A stretch of 32,000 nucleotides of DNA from Caldimicrobium thiodismutans (GTDB lineage Bacteria; Desulfobacterota; Thermodesulfobacteria; Thermodesulfobacteriales; Thermodesulfobacteriaceae), in contig NZ_AP014945.1 of the NCBI RefSeq assembly GCF_001548275.1, forward strand, positions 870,001-902,000. Reading direction: 5' to 3'. Shown here in pieces: positions 7,678 through 15,669 of the stretch. The notes beneath the pieces were generated by a model. The model was not told the DNA's origin. It did no database searches and was given only the letters and a program-made list of their open reading frames with translations. The translations under genes were made by a program, and so were the position numbers. Every line of letters begins with the position of its first letter. Positions within the stretch are counted from its first letter, which is position 1.

Positions 7678-7690
7678 TTGCAAAATGCAA
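7678..7690. promoter_or_regulatory. Perfect palindrome TTGCA-N3-TGCAA, candidate enhancer (UAS) site
   Basis: Seen directly. Lies about 68 bp upstream of the -24 element on the minus strand, a typical bEBP distance. Confidence 0.4.
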
Positions 7691-7740
7691 TTTAATTAAT
7701 ATTCCAAAGCAGGAGGCTTAAAAAATTGTTATTTTTCTTG

Positions 7741-7757
7741 TGTTGAATTTTTCAACA
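7741..7757. promoter_or_regulatory. Perfect palindrome TGTTGAA-N3-TTCAACA, candidate regulator site; extra half-site TTCAACA at 7773-7779
   Basis: Seen directly. Overlaps the putative kinase promoter in the divergent intergenic region. Confidence 0.35.
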
Positions 7758-7773
7758 TAGGTGTTATTATAAT
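7743..7773 (+). promoter_or_regulatory. Putative sigma-70 promoter of the sensor kinase (TTGAAT-N19-TATAAT); the -10 ends 6 nt before the ATG
   Basis: TATAAT at 7768-7773 and ATG at 7780, with no SD between them. The -35 spacing is suboptimal. Confidence 0.35.
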
Positions 7774-7779
7774 TCAACA

Positions 7780-9201
7780 ATGCCAATTAAATGGTTCAAT
7801 AGCCTTCAAAAAAAGATTACCCTTTTGTATCTCATAGGGGTTCTTTTTATGGGGCTTTTGATTTATGTAAGCTATGAAACATTTAGTTCGGCCAATTTCA
7901 TACTTACAAGGAGTGAAAAAATTTCAGAATTCGTTGAAAATGTGCTTGAAATGAGAAGATATGAAAAAAACTTTTTTCTTTATCATCACAGTGAGGACTT
8001 AAGATCTATAGAAAGCTATCTTTTGAAAGCCAAAAACATTTTTACTTCCTGTTATCCTTGCTTTCAATCCCTTACAGGTTCTTATAATTATAAAGAGGTT
8101 AATCAGGCCTTAGAAGACTATGGAGCCCTCTTAAAAAATATTACAGAAAAGGGGATTTCCAAAATATATTTTGAAGAACTCAGAGAAAAGGGAAGATACT
8201 TAACTGGATATGCGGAATGGATGAATAAGTTAAAGGAGAAACAGATCAAAGAAAGCTTAAATGAACTTAAAAACTGGATATTTTTTACCTTGGGAATTTT
8301 TTTGGTTTTAATTTTTCTCTATGGATTGTATTTATATCATAGTCTTCGCAGACCTATCCAAAAACTGGAAAATTATATCTTTCAGATAAGTCAAGGAAAG
8401 TTCTGTGCAGTTCCACCGGATTTTGAAGATCGTGAAATGATCTTACTGGTTGAGGCTATTAACAAGATGCTTGCTGAAATTGATAAAAGAACAGAATACC
8501 TAATTCAAACGGAAAGACTGGCTACTTTTGGAACCCTTCTTTTTAGTTTAGCCCATGAGTTAAATAATCCTCTGAATAATATTTACACAAGCTGTCAAAT
8601 TTTGAAAGAAGAGATTGAAGAGGATAACACCGAATTTAAAAAGAATCTCCTCCTGGAGATGGAAAAAGAGATTGAAAGAACTCAAAACATTATACGAAGC
8701 ATTCTTGATTATTCTAAACCAAGTTCTAAAGAAGAAATTAGATTAAAAAGCCTTCTTGAGGAAACTCTATATTTATTAAAGGGGAAATTACCAAGAAATG
8801 TGGAAATTATTTTTGAGATTCCTGAAGATTTCACTATTGTTACCGATCCTCAACAAATGAAGCAGGTCTTTATAAATCTCTTTAAAAATGCCTTTGATGC
8901 AATTGGAGATAGGGAAGGTAAAATTCAAATCCGAGGAGAAAAAAGCTCAAACTATGCTATCCTTTATTTTTCTGATACAGGGCCAGGTATTCCAGCCAAA
9001 GTTTTACCTCATATCTTTGATCCCTTCTTTACAACTAAGGAAGGAAAAAGAGGTTATGGGCTTGGACTCTTTATTGTTTATAATCTTATTCAAAACCACG
9101 GAGGATCAATTGAGGTAGAAAGCGAGGTAGGAAAGGGAACTACATTTATCATAAAAATTCCTGAAAAAGAGGAGGAAAAAAAGAAATATGACGGAAAATA
9201 A
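7780..9201 (+). CDS. Sensor histidine kinase (two TM, helical extracytoplasmic sensor, HAMP-like linker, HisKA, HATPase_c)
   Basis: TM1 LLYLIGVLFMGLLIYVSY, TM2 IFFTLGIFLVLIFLYGLYLY, H-box FSLAHELNNPLNNI, N-box NLFKNAFDA, G-boxes DTGPGI and GYGLGL. Confidence 0.9.
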   Translation: MPIKWFNSLQKKITLLYLIGVLFMGLLIYVSYETFSSANFILTRSEKISEFVENVLEMRRYEKNFFLYHHSEDLRSIESYLLKAKNIFTSCYPCFQSLTGSYNYKEVNQALEDYGALLKNITEKGISKIYFEELREKGRYLTGYAEWMNKLKEKQIKESLNELKNWIFFTLGIFLVLIFLYGLYLYHSLRRPIQKLENYIFQISQGKFCAVPPDFEDREMILLVEAINKMLAEIDKRTEYLIQTERLATFGTLLFSLAHELNNPLNNIYTSCQILKEEIEEDNTEFKKNLLLEMEKEIERTQNIIRSILDYSKPSSKEEIRLKSLLEETLYLLKGKLPRNVEIIFEIPEDFTIVTDPQQMKQVFINLFKNAFDAIGDREGKIQIRGEKSSNYAILYFSDTGPGIPAKVLPHIFDPFFTTKEGKRGYGLGLFIVYNLIQNHGGSIEVESEVGKGTTFIIKIPEKEEEKKKYDGK

Positions 9202-10564
9202 GGGTAAAATCCTTGTAGTAGATGATGAAAGGCTTACCCTTAAAAACTTAAGTTATATCCTTACAAAGGAGGGATATGAGGTTGTAACTGCAGATTCAGG
9301 TTCTTCTGCTTTGCATAGACTTCAAAAAGAGGAGTTTGATTTAGTTATTACTGATCTCAAAATGGAAAAAGTCAGTGGTCTTGATATTCTTGAAAAGTGT
9401 AAAGAGTGGTGGCCTGAAACCGAGGTTATTATGATTACTGCTTATGCCACAGTTGATTCAGCTATATCTGCTATGAAAAAGGGAGCCTATCATTACATTA
9501 CCAAACCCTTTAAACTTGATGAGCTAAGAAAGGTAGTCAAAGAGGCCCTGGAAAAGGTAAATTTAAAAAGGGAAAACTCAAGATTAAAGGAAGAGCTTGA
9601 ACGCCTTAGGGCAAATCAAGTGGAGTTTATCACAAAAAATCCTGAAATGAGGCGAATTCTTGAAACCGCTGAAAAGATTGCCCCAACAGATTGTTCCGTT
9701 TTAATTACCGGAGAAACTGGAACAGGAAAGGAGCTTCTTGCTCGTTATATTCATGCTCATAGTTTAAGAAAAGATAAAACCTTTTTAGCAGTAAATTGTG
9801 GTGCCTTTACCGAGGAACTTCTGGCTAATGAACTCTTCGGACACGAAAAAGGCGCCTATACCGGGGCTGTAAATACCAAAAAAGGGCTTTTAGAGATAGC
9901 AAGTGGGGGCACTCTTTTTTTAGATGAAATAACAGAGATGAGCCCAACCATGCAGGTTAAACTTTTGAGGGTTTTACAAGAAAAGGAGTTTTTAAGAATT
10001 GGTGGGACAGATCCTATCAAAATTGATGTGCGGTTTATTGCTGCAACCAACCGGGATCTCAAAAAGGAAATTGAAGCCGGGCGCTTTAGGGAAGATTTAT
10101 ACTTCCGGTTAAATGTAGTTTCTTTTAGGCTCCCTCCCTTAGCAGAAAGAAAGGAAGACATCCCCCTTTTAAGCTACTTTTTCTTGAAAAAATATGCAAA
10201 AGAGATGCATAAAGAGGTAAAAGAGATCGAGGAGTCTGCCATGGAAATTCTTATGGATTACGACTTCCCTGGAAATGTGAGGGAACTTGAAAATATCATT
10301 GCCCGAGCAGTTGCTCTTACTGGTTCAGATAAAATCTCGGAATCCCACCTACCTGAGGATCTAAGAAAATTAAAGATTTTTACTTATAGAAAAAAAGAGA
10401 AAACCCTTCCTTCCCTTGAAGAACAAGAGAAAGAGTATATAAAGCTTGTTCTTAAGGAAACCGGGTGGAATAAAACCTTAACTGCCCAAATTCTGGGCAT
10501 AGATAGAGCAACCCTCTGGAGAAAACTTAAAAAATATGAACTTGACGAAGAGGGCTCTCTTTAA
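9188..10564 (+). CDS. Sigma-54-dependent response regulator (NtrC family: REC + AAA+ activator + Fis-type HTH)
   Basis: REC domain (ILVVDDE...ITDLKM). Walker A GETGTGKE, ELFGHEKGAYTGA (GAFTGA-loop variant), Walker B LFLDEI, C-terminal HTH TAQILGIDRATLWRKLKKY. Overlaps the kinase stop by 14 nt. Confidence 0.93.
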   Translation: MTENKGKILVVDDERLTLKNLSYILTKEGYEVVTADSGSSALHRLQKEEFDLVITDLKMEKVSGLDILEKCKEWWPETEVIMITAYATVDSAISAMKKGAYHYITKPFKLDELRKVVKEALEKVNLKRENSRLKEELERLRANQVEFITKNPEMRRILETAEKIAPTDCSVLITGETGTGKELLARYIHAHSLRKDKTFLAVNCGAFTEELLANELFGHEKGAYTGAVNTKKGLLEIASGGTLFLDEITEMSPTMQVKLLRVLQEKEFLRIGGTDPIKIDVRFIAATNRDLKKEIEAGRFREDLYFRLNVVSFRLPPLAERKEDIPLLSYFFLKKYAKEMHKEVKEIEESAMEILMDYDFPGNVRELENIIARAVALTGSDKISESHLPEDLRKLKIFTYRKKEKTLPSLEEQEKEYIKLVLKETGWNKTLTAQILGIDRATLWRKLKKYELDEEGSL

Positions 10565-11424
10565 CTCTTTACAACAAGAACAGGTTTATCCCCGGTATTT
10601 ATTACCATTTCCGTAACACTTCCCATAAGTAGCCTTTTTAAACCTGTTTTACCATGGGATCCCATTATAATAAGATCTATGTCCTCTTTACTTGCAGTTT
10701 CAAGAATTCTCTCTTCAGGAACCCCTTCCATAATTAATCCCTGAACTGAAAGACCCTCTGATTTAAATTTAATTTTTTCCCTCCTTATGAGCTCATCAGC
10801 AGAGGTCTTTAAGGTCTCAGTAAGTTTAGCTATTTCACCGGGAGCCTCATAGAGTTCAAAGGGGATCTCAACTACAGAAAGTAAAAAGACTTCGCTTTTA
10901 AAGGTCTTAGCTATCTCAAGGGCCCTAAGAGTAGCTTTTTCTGCATAACTTGAACCATCGGTTGGCACAAGGAGTTTTTTAAATTGAAGGGTCTTTTCTT
11001 TAGGAATGATAAGAACATCAACTGGACTTGCACCAATGGTCCTCATAGCTGTGCTTCCTAATATCCCCTTAGCAAGGCCGGTTTTCCCTGTTTTTCCCAT
11101 AACCAAAAGATCAACCTCTTCTGCTAAGGCAGTATCAACAATTCTCTGAAAGGGTTCCCCTTCATCAAGAATTAGTTTAACTTTAAAATTTTCTTCCCCG
11201 GCTATCTCCTCTGCTTCTTTTAAAATCTTCTCCCCACCTTTAATAAAAATATCTTTCATTCCCAGAAAAAGGGAAAGAGCGCTACTGATTTCAGTTTTAA
11301 GGGGGACTACATTTATAGCCAAAAGTTCTGCACTAAGCTCTTTAGCTATTCTTATGGCATTTCGATAGGCATTAAAAGATTCCTCTGACCCATCTAAACA
11401 GGCCATAATCTTTTTGTAAAGCAT
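10561..11424 (-). CDS. Tandem universal stress protein, paralog 2
   Basis: Start moved from 11445 to ATG 11424: AAGGAGGGAGG SD 5-6 nt upstream, and MLYKKIMACLDGSEES aligns with MGIYKKILVAIDLSEES of paralog 1. Same two-domain layout and the same ...PVLVVK(S/N) C-terminus. Confidence 0.88.
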   Translation of the reverse strand: MLYKKIMACLDGSEESFNAYRNAIRIAKELSAELLAINVVPLKTEISSALSLFLGMKDIFIKGGEKILKEAEEIAGEENFKVKLILDEGEPFQRIVDTALAEEVDLLVMGKTGKTGLAKGILGSTAMRTIGASPVDVLIIPKEKTLQFKKLLVPTDGSSYAEKATLRALEIAKTFKSEVFLLSVVEIPFELYEAPGEIAKLTETLKTSADELIRREKIKFKSEGLSVQGLIMEGVPEERILETASKEDIDLIIMGSHGKTGLKRLLMGSVTEMVINTGDKPVLVVKS

Positions 11425-11461
11425 GGCACCTCCCTCCTTATCCAAGGATTTTTGAAAATTT

Positions 11462-11490
11462 ATTATAGATTACCTCAATTAAAAAGTCAA
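11462..11490 (-). promoter_or_regulatory. Sigma-70-type promoter for USP paralog 2 (TTGACT-N17-TATAAT)
   Basis: Minus strand: TTGACT (11485-11490), 17-nt spacer, TATAAT (11462-11467). Lies 6 nt outside the GTATCCGTCC end of repeat copy B. Confidence 0.6.
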
Positions 11491-11752
11491 ATTTTCGTAT
11501 CCGTCCATATCTTTTGAGACTCAAGAGGATTTTTCTACTACTTCTGTTGTAAGTAAATGAACCTGTATTTTGTAGGGGCAACCCTATGGGTTTGCCCTTT
11601 TTTGGAAAATCTATGGGTTTGCCTGTTATATGTTTTTTTACATTATTGGGCAGACACGCAAGGGTCCCCCTACTCTCACCTCTCACCTCTTACCTTTCAC
11701 CTTTCACCTCTTACTACTCTTCCATTTTCTTGTAAGGATATGAACCTATACA
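11462..11752 (-). repeat. Copy B of the intergenic repeat family (longest copy)
   Basis: Reverse complement of copy A, plus an internal 27-bp duplication (ctatgggtttgcc occurs twice). 6 heptamers CTYTYAC (11673-11714). REP-like hairpin GTAGGGGCAACCCTATGGGTTTGCC (11572-11596). Confidence 0.85.
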
Positions 11753-11838
11753 CTCATTTTAACTTTACTTTAACACTTTTTTAATTTTTAAATAACAAAG
11801 GGACTTTATTATATAAAAAAAATAAACAGGAGCAGAAG

Positions 11839-12687
11839 ATGCTTCAAACAGAAAAGAACACCTATCAAAATATATCATTAATCTCATTGCATTCTGAACT
11901 TACGGTTCATTATCAGCCCATCTTTTCTGCAGAAAACGGACAAATTTTTGGATATGAAGCATTAACAAGACCTGCCATGAATCACGCCGAGCATTCTGAT
12001 AGTTTTTCTTCTATAGTTTCCGGTATGCCTCTATTAGACAAATCTGAAATCGCTAAGTTGCTTGAACTGGTGAAGACATCTATGAATGGAAACATAAAAA
12101 ATTTCTTTATCAAGGCAAAGGAAAAGGGATTAATTTTTATACTTGATATGATATGCAGAGAAAATGCCATCAGAGAAGCCTCAAGACAAAATCTTGATGC
12201 TTTCCTTTTTATTAATATCTGTCCTGAGAGTCTCTTTCATCCCAAACACGAAGTTGGAATCACTGATAGACTTGCTGAAGAATATGGTTTCCCTAAGGAA
12301 AAAATAGTTCTTGAAATAACTGAAGAGACTGCCATAGAGAATTATGATTTACTAATTGAAAGCATTTCTTATTATAAAAAAAGAGGCTATAAAATAGCTA
12401 TAGATGATTTTGGAGCAGGATATGGAGGCCCTAAACTTTTTAGTCTGCTTAGGCCAGATTTTGTTAAACTTGATAGTTATTTCATTCATAGTGTAAAGAA
12501 AGATTGTATTACGAAAGCATTCATTGAATTTACAGTTAAAACCTGTCATAGCTTAGATATAAAAGTTATTGCAGAGGGAATTGAAACATATGAACAGTTA
12601 CTTGAAATGAAAAAAATGGAGATAGATCTCCTTCAAGGATATTATCTTGGAAGACCAGATCCCAAAATAAAAAAACTTAAGCATTAA
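11839..12687 (+). CDS. Stand-alone EAL-domain protein (c-di-GMP phosphodiesterase-like)
   Basis: YQPIF...GYEALTR, FINI, LEITE, AIDDFGAGY, VKLD, IAEGIET and QGYYLGRP: all canonical EAL catalytic motifs are present. AGGAG SD upstream. Confidence 0.88.
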   Translation: MLQTEKNTYQNISLISLHSELTVHYQPIFSAENGQIFGYEALTRPAMNHAEHSDSFSSIVSGMPLLDKSEIAKLLELVKTSMNGNIKNFFIKAKEKGLIFILDMICRENAIREASRQNLDAFLFINICPESLFHPKHEVGITDRLAEEYGFPKEKIVLEITEETAIENYDLLIESISYYKKRGYKIAIDDFGAGYGGPKLFSLLRPDFVKLDSYFIHSVKKDCITKAFIEFTVKTCHSLDIKVIAEGIETYEQLLEMKKMEIDLLQGYYLGRPDPKIKKLKH

Positions 12688-12688
12688 A

Positions 12689-13717
12689 ATGTCAAACTGT
12701 GAAGTGAAACCAATTAACTTTGAATTAGAACCATCAATTTTAGATCATTCAATAGGAACCATTGCAATTAAAATTGAACCAATGTATAAAAACACTAAAA
12801 TATTAGATGCTTTCTTACGATTTATGAATGATGAAAGATTAGGTTTAATCCCTGTGATAGAGGAAAACGATGTAGTAATAGGACAGATTCAAAGAAATAG
12901 ATTCTTAGAAAATGTAGTGCTTGGAAAATTTGGCTATGGAATTCACCTAAATTCAAAAAAATGTCTTTGTGAAGTTATGGAAATACCTTCTTTTGTTATT
13001 GACTATAATATCTCTCTTGAAGAAGCTTCTTTAATGATTCAAAAAAGAAATATTATGCATCTTTATGATGATCTAATTGTAACTGAAAATAATAAGTATT
13101 ATGGAATAGTTCCAATCCATGTTCTCCTTGAAGTTGTGGCTAAGCGATCTATTATATTAGCAAAGGAATCAAATCCACTTACAGGGCTTCCTGGAAACTG
13201 GGCAATTCAAAGAGAAGTAGAAAGAAGAATCAGACTTAAAATTCCCTTTGATGTATGCTATATAGATATTAATCATTTTAAACCGTATAATGATTATTAT
13301 GGATTTGAAAAAGGAGACACTGTTATTTTTAGTCTTGGAAATATTCTTTTAGATCTTTCAAAAAACAATAATGAAATTTTTGTAGGACATATCGGAGGAG
13401 ATGATTTCATTATTATATGCCCTCCTGAAATTTCTGAATCTCTATGTGCATCTATAATAAAGTCCTTTGAAGAACTATTACCAGTTTTTCACGGGGAAGA
13501 TTTCATAAAAGGATATTATATCTCTAAAAATAGAAAAGGTGAACAGGAAATATTCAGTCTTCTTTCTCTTACTTGTGCAATAGTTAGTAATAAAACAGGA
13601 AAAATAAGTTCCTTTGCCCATCTTGCTTCAATTGCTTCTGAAGTCAAATCAGAGGCTAAGAAATTGGCAAGAATAAATAAAACTTCTGTTATATTTAAGG
13701 ATAGAAGAACTTACTAA
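12689..13717 (+). CDS. CBS-pair + GGDEF-family domain protein with non-canonical GGDDF motif
   Basis: CBS pair (LGLIPVIEENDVVIGQI; YYGIVPIHVLLEVV). NPLTGLPGN, YIDINHFKPYNDYYGFEKGD and HIGGDDFIII. No SD before the ATG. Start lies 1 nt after the EAL stop, in a different frame. Confidence 0.82.
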   Translation: MSNCEVKPINFELEPSILDHSIGTIAIKIEPMYKNTKILDAFLRFMNDERLGLIPVIEENDVVIGQIQRNRFLENVVLGKFGYGIHLNSKKCLCEVMEIPSFVIDYNISLEEASLMIQKRNIMHLYDDLIVTENNKYYGIVPIHVLLEVVAKRSIILAKESNPLTGLPGNWAIQREVERRIRLKIPFDVCYIDINHFKPYNDYYGFEKGDTVIFSLGNILLDLSKNNNEIFVGHIGGDDFIIICPPEISESLCASIIKSFEELLPVFHGEDFIKGYYISKNRKGEQEIFSLLSLTCAIVSNKTGKISSFAHLASIASEVKSEAKKLARINKTSVIFKDRRTY

Positions 13718-13739
13718 AAAGATTTTTCTGATTACCTAT

Positions 13740-14591
13740 TCATTTTAATCTTACTTTTTTTTGAGAGGATTTTCTTTCTAAATTTTTTCTCTTTTTCTCT
13801 TCAATAGCATATACATATACCCAGAGATGAGTTTTTAGTTCAAAAGGGTATTTTTGATTTCCATAACTTTTTACCCCTCTTGGAAGGCCAACAGAAAGCA
13901 CCCACCAACCTTCCTCTTCAAAGTTGACAAAAAAGTATCCCCTCTCATCAAGACGCGTGCTTTTTTTAAAAAGGGGGTAGTTTATCTCTTTGGTTGAATC
14001 TGTAGGTAAGGCCTGGGGATTTAATTTGAGCCTTAATCTTTCAACCTCAATAGTTCCATTTCCAAGGGGCTCTCCCTGATACAAAACCTGTCCCCAAAAA
14101 AGGGCCCCTTTCTTAAGACCATAAGGCCTTGTGAAGGGTCTGATTTCAAGCTCAAAACCGCACAGCTGATCCCAGAGCCCCTCCTTTTCCACATGGAAAA
14201 GAGCCTTGACATAATTCTTAAAAAGGACTCCTCTCCCTGTCAAAGCATCTTCTCCTTCAATGCAGAGGAGAAAATCCCCTTTAGCCTTGGGTGTAATTTT
14301 AGTCTCAAAGGCAATTCTTTTTTGATTGAACCAGGGATCAAAAAGCTCCCTGCGTAAAAGGGATAACTTTTCCTCTTTTCCATCCGGAGTTTTTAAATAA
14401 AACTTAACTGGAACCCTTGCATCAAAAAAATTTGCAAAGGATGGCTGGCCATAACCAATGATCCAGGTCTTCTCTTGATTCACTTTTCCATAGGAGTCAT
14501 TATCAGTATAAAGAATTAAGGTTTCCGCAAAGGTAGAAGAAGTTTTTGAAAAGGTAAAGATAAAGAGGAGAAAAATAAAAATTAAAGGCAT
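13740..14591 (-). CDS. DUF4198-like secreted or membrane-anchored protein
   Basis: N-terminal hydrophobic segment MPLIFIFLLFIFTF. Pattern IIGYGQP...KFYLKTPDGKEEKL...ELEIRPFTRPYGLKKGALFWGQVLYQGEPLGNGTIEVE...DERGYFFVNFEEEGWWVLS resembles the DUF4198 beta-sandwich family. Confidence 0.5.
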   Translation of the reverse strand: MPLIFIFLLFIFTFSKTSSTFAETLILYTDNDSYGKVNQEKTWIIGYGQPSFANFFDARVPVKFYLKTPDGKEEKLSLLRRELFDPWFNQKRIAFETKITPKAKGDFLLCIEGEDALTGRGVLFKNYVKALFHVEKEGLWDQLCGFELEIRPFTRPYGLKKGALFWGQVLYQGEPLGNGTIEVERLRLKLNPQALPTDSTKEINYPLFKKSTRLDERGYFFVNFEEEGWWVLSVGLPRGVKSYGNQKYPFELKTHLWVYVYAIEEKKRKNLERKSSQKKVRLK

Positions 14592-14606
14592 TCTTAAGAA
14601 GAAAAA

Positions 14607-15092
14607 CTATGTAAATCTATTCATGATCCAGGATATAATGGCACTTTTAAGCTGGAGCTCCTGTTCAGGGGTTAAAGAGGATAACCAGTATTTTATCCAC
14701 TTTTGAAGCCTGCTGAGATGTAACTTAGGAATCTTTTCTCCAAAGATCATCTCAAGACTCCGCATATACCAGACAAAAATGGCCTGAAGAGGCATAAAGC
14801 GATATTCTAAGGTAATAGGATAGAGGCTTTCGTAAAAGGCTCTGTTAGCAAATTTCTTGTCAGGTTCCTGAGTGTATTTTCTGATGTTTAGCTTGGAGAC
14901 ATTCTCATCCATTCGGGGCTGGCTATCAACCTCTCTGAGGTATTCAAGATTTTGTTGGAAGACTCTTAATTTTTCCTGATTTAAGCGGACTATTTCATCC
15001 TGTAAAGCAAGAAGGGCAAGTGGATTCTCTCTTTCCCGATAATATTTGGCAATTTTTTGTTTTAAGACAGATTTTCTTGATCTTCCACCCAT
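14607..15092 (-). CDS. Hypothetical protein, 161 aa, no recognisable domain
   Basis: Good SD (AGGGGTG) 4 nt upstream. Sits 12 nt after the pyrR stop. Predicted helical, with no TM segment. Confidence 0.55.
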   Translation of the reverse strand: MGGRSRKSVLKQKIAKYYRERENPLALLALQDEIVRLNQEKLRVFQQNLEYLREVDSQPRMDENVSKLNIRKYTQEPDKKFANRAFYESLYPITLEYRFMPLQAIFVWYMRSLEMIFGEKIPKLHLSRLQKWIKYWLSSLTPEQELQLKSAIISWIMNRFT

Positions 15093-15104
15093 AAAATCAC
15101 CCCT

Positions 15105-15662
15105 TTATTTACTTTCAAGACAAATCTGGTCTTTCCCATGAAGCTCTTTAAAATAAACGGATACATAATCAAAGGGAGCAACCTTTTTGACCTTCATAGC
15201 ACAAAATGTTGGCTCAATAGGGAACTCTCTTCCTCCTCTGTCCACCAGGACTGCAAGCTCAATTTTTTTAGGCCTTCCAAGGTCAATGAGGGCATCCATA
15301 GCGGCGCGCACAGTTCTTCCTGTAAAAAGCACATCATCAACTAAAAGGATAATCTTGTCCTCAATAGAAAAGGGAATCTCCGTTTTTTTAATCTCTGGAT
15401 GCTGAGAAATTCTTGTCCAGTCATCTCTATACAGAGTAATGTCAAGGTAGCCCACTGGTAATTCCAGTCCCAGTCTTTTTTTAAAAATTTCCTTTAATCT
15501 ATTGGTCACTGGAATGCCTCCACACCGTATCCCTATAAGCACAAGGTCTTCTAAATGGGGATGACTTTTAAGTATAGATTCAGCAAGCCTTTCAAGAAGG
15601 CCTGCCATCTTTCTTTCCCCAGCTATTACTTTTTTACTTTTTAGAGTTAAAATATCTTCCAT
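15105..15662 (-). CDS. pyrR: Bifunctional pyrimidine operon regulator / uracil phosphoribosyltransferase PyrR
   Basis: PRTase motif ILLVDDVLFTGRTVRAAMDAL, LAVLVDRGGRE, and YRDDW. Start moved to ATG 15662 (MEDILTLKSK...) because 15663-15746 of the listed ORF is repeat copy C sequence. Confidence 0.9.
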   Translation of the reverse strand: MEDILTLKSKKVIAGERKMAGLLERLAESILKSHPHLEDLVLIGIRCGGIPVTNRLKEIFKKRLGLELPVGYLDITLYRDDWTRISQHPEIKKTEIPFSIEDKIILLVDDVLFTGRTVRAAMDALIDLGRPKKIELAVLVDRGGREFPIEPTFCAMKVKKVAPFDYVSVYFKELHGKDQICLESK

Positions 15663-15669
15663 AAAACAT

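Noticed and set aside
7726-7746. AGGAGG (7711-7716) followed by a 6-codon TTG mini-ORF (MLFFLC) in the sigma-54 control region, considered as a possible leader peptide.
   Set aside because: It is too short, has a non-ATG start and lacks any supporting attenuator structure. It is mentioned only as context in the control-region finding.
11424-11438. TGGCAC on the + strand (TGGCAC-ctccc-TCCT), considered as a second sigma-54 promoter facing the EAL gene.
   Set aside because: The -12 element is TCCT, not TTGC. The sequence is simply the reverse complement of the USP2 start codon and SD region.
11572-11665. GGCAAACC and ACGCAAGGG segments in the repeat resemble conserved pieces of the c-di-GMP-I (GEMM) riboswitch, and copy B sits upstream of the EAL gene.
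   Set aside because: The two segments are on opposite strands relative to the riboswitch order. The rest of the GEMM architecture is absent. The same element also sits next to tRNA-Val, pyrR and a DHH gene.
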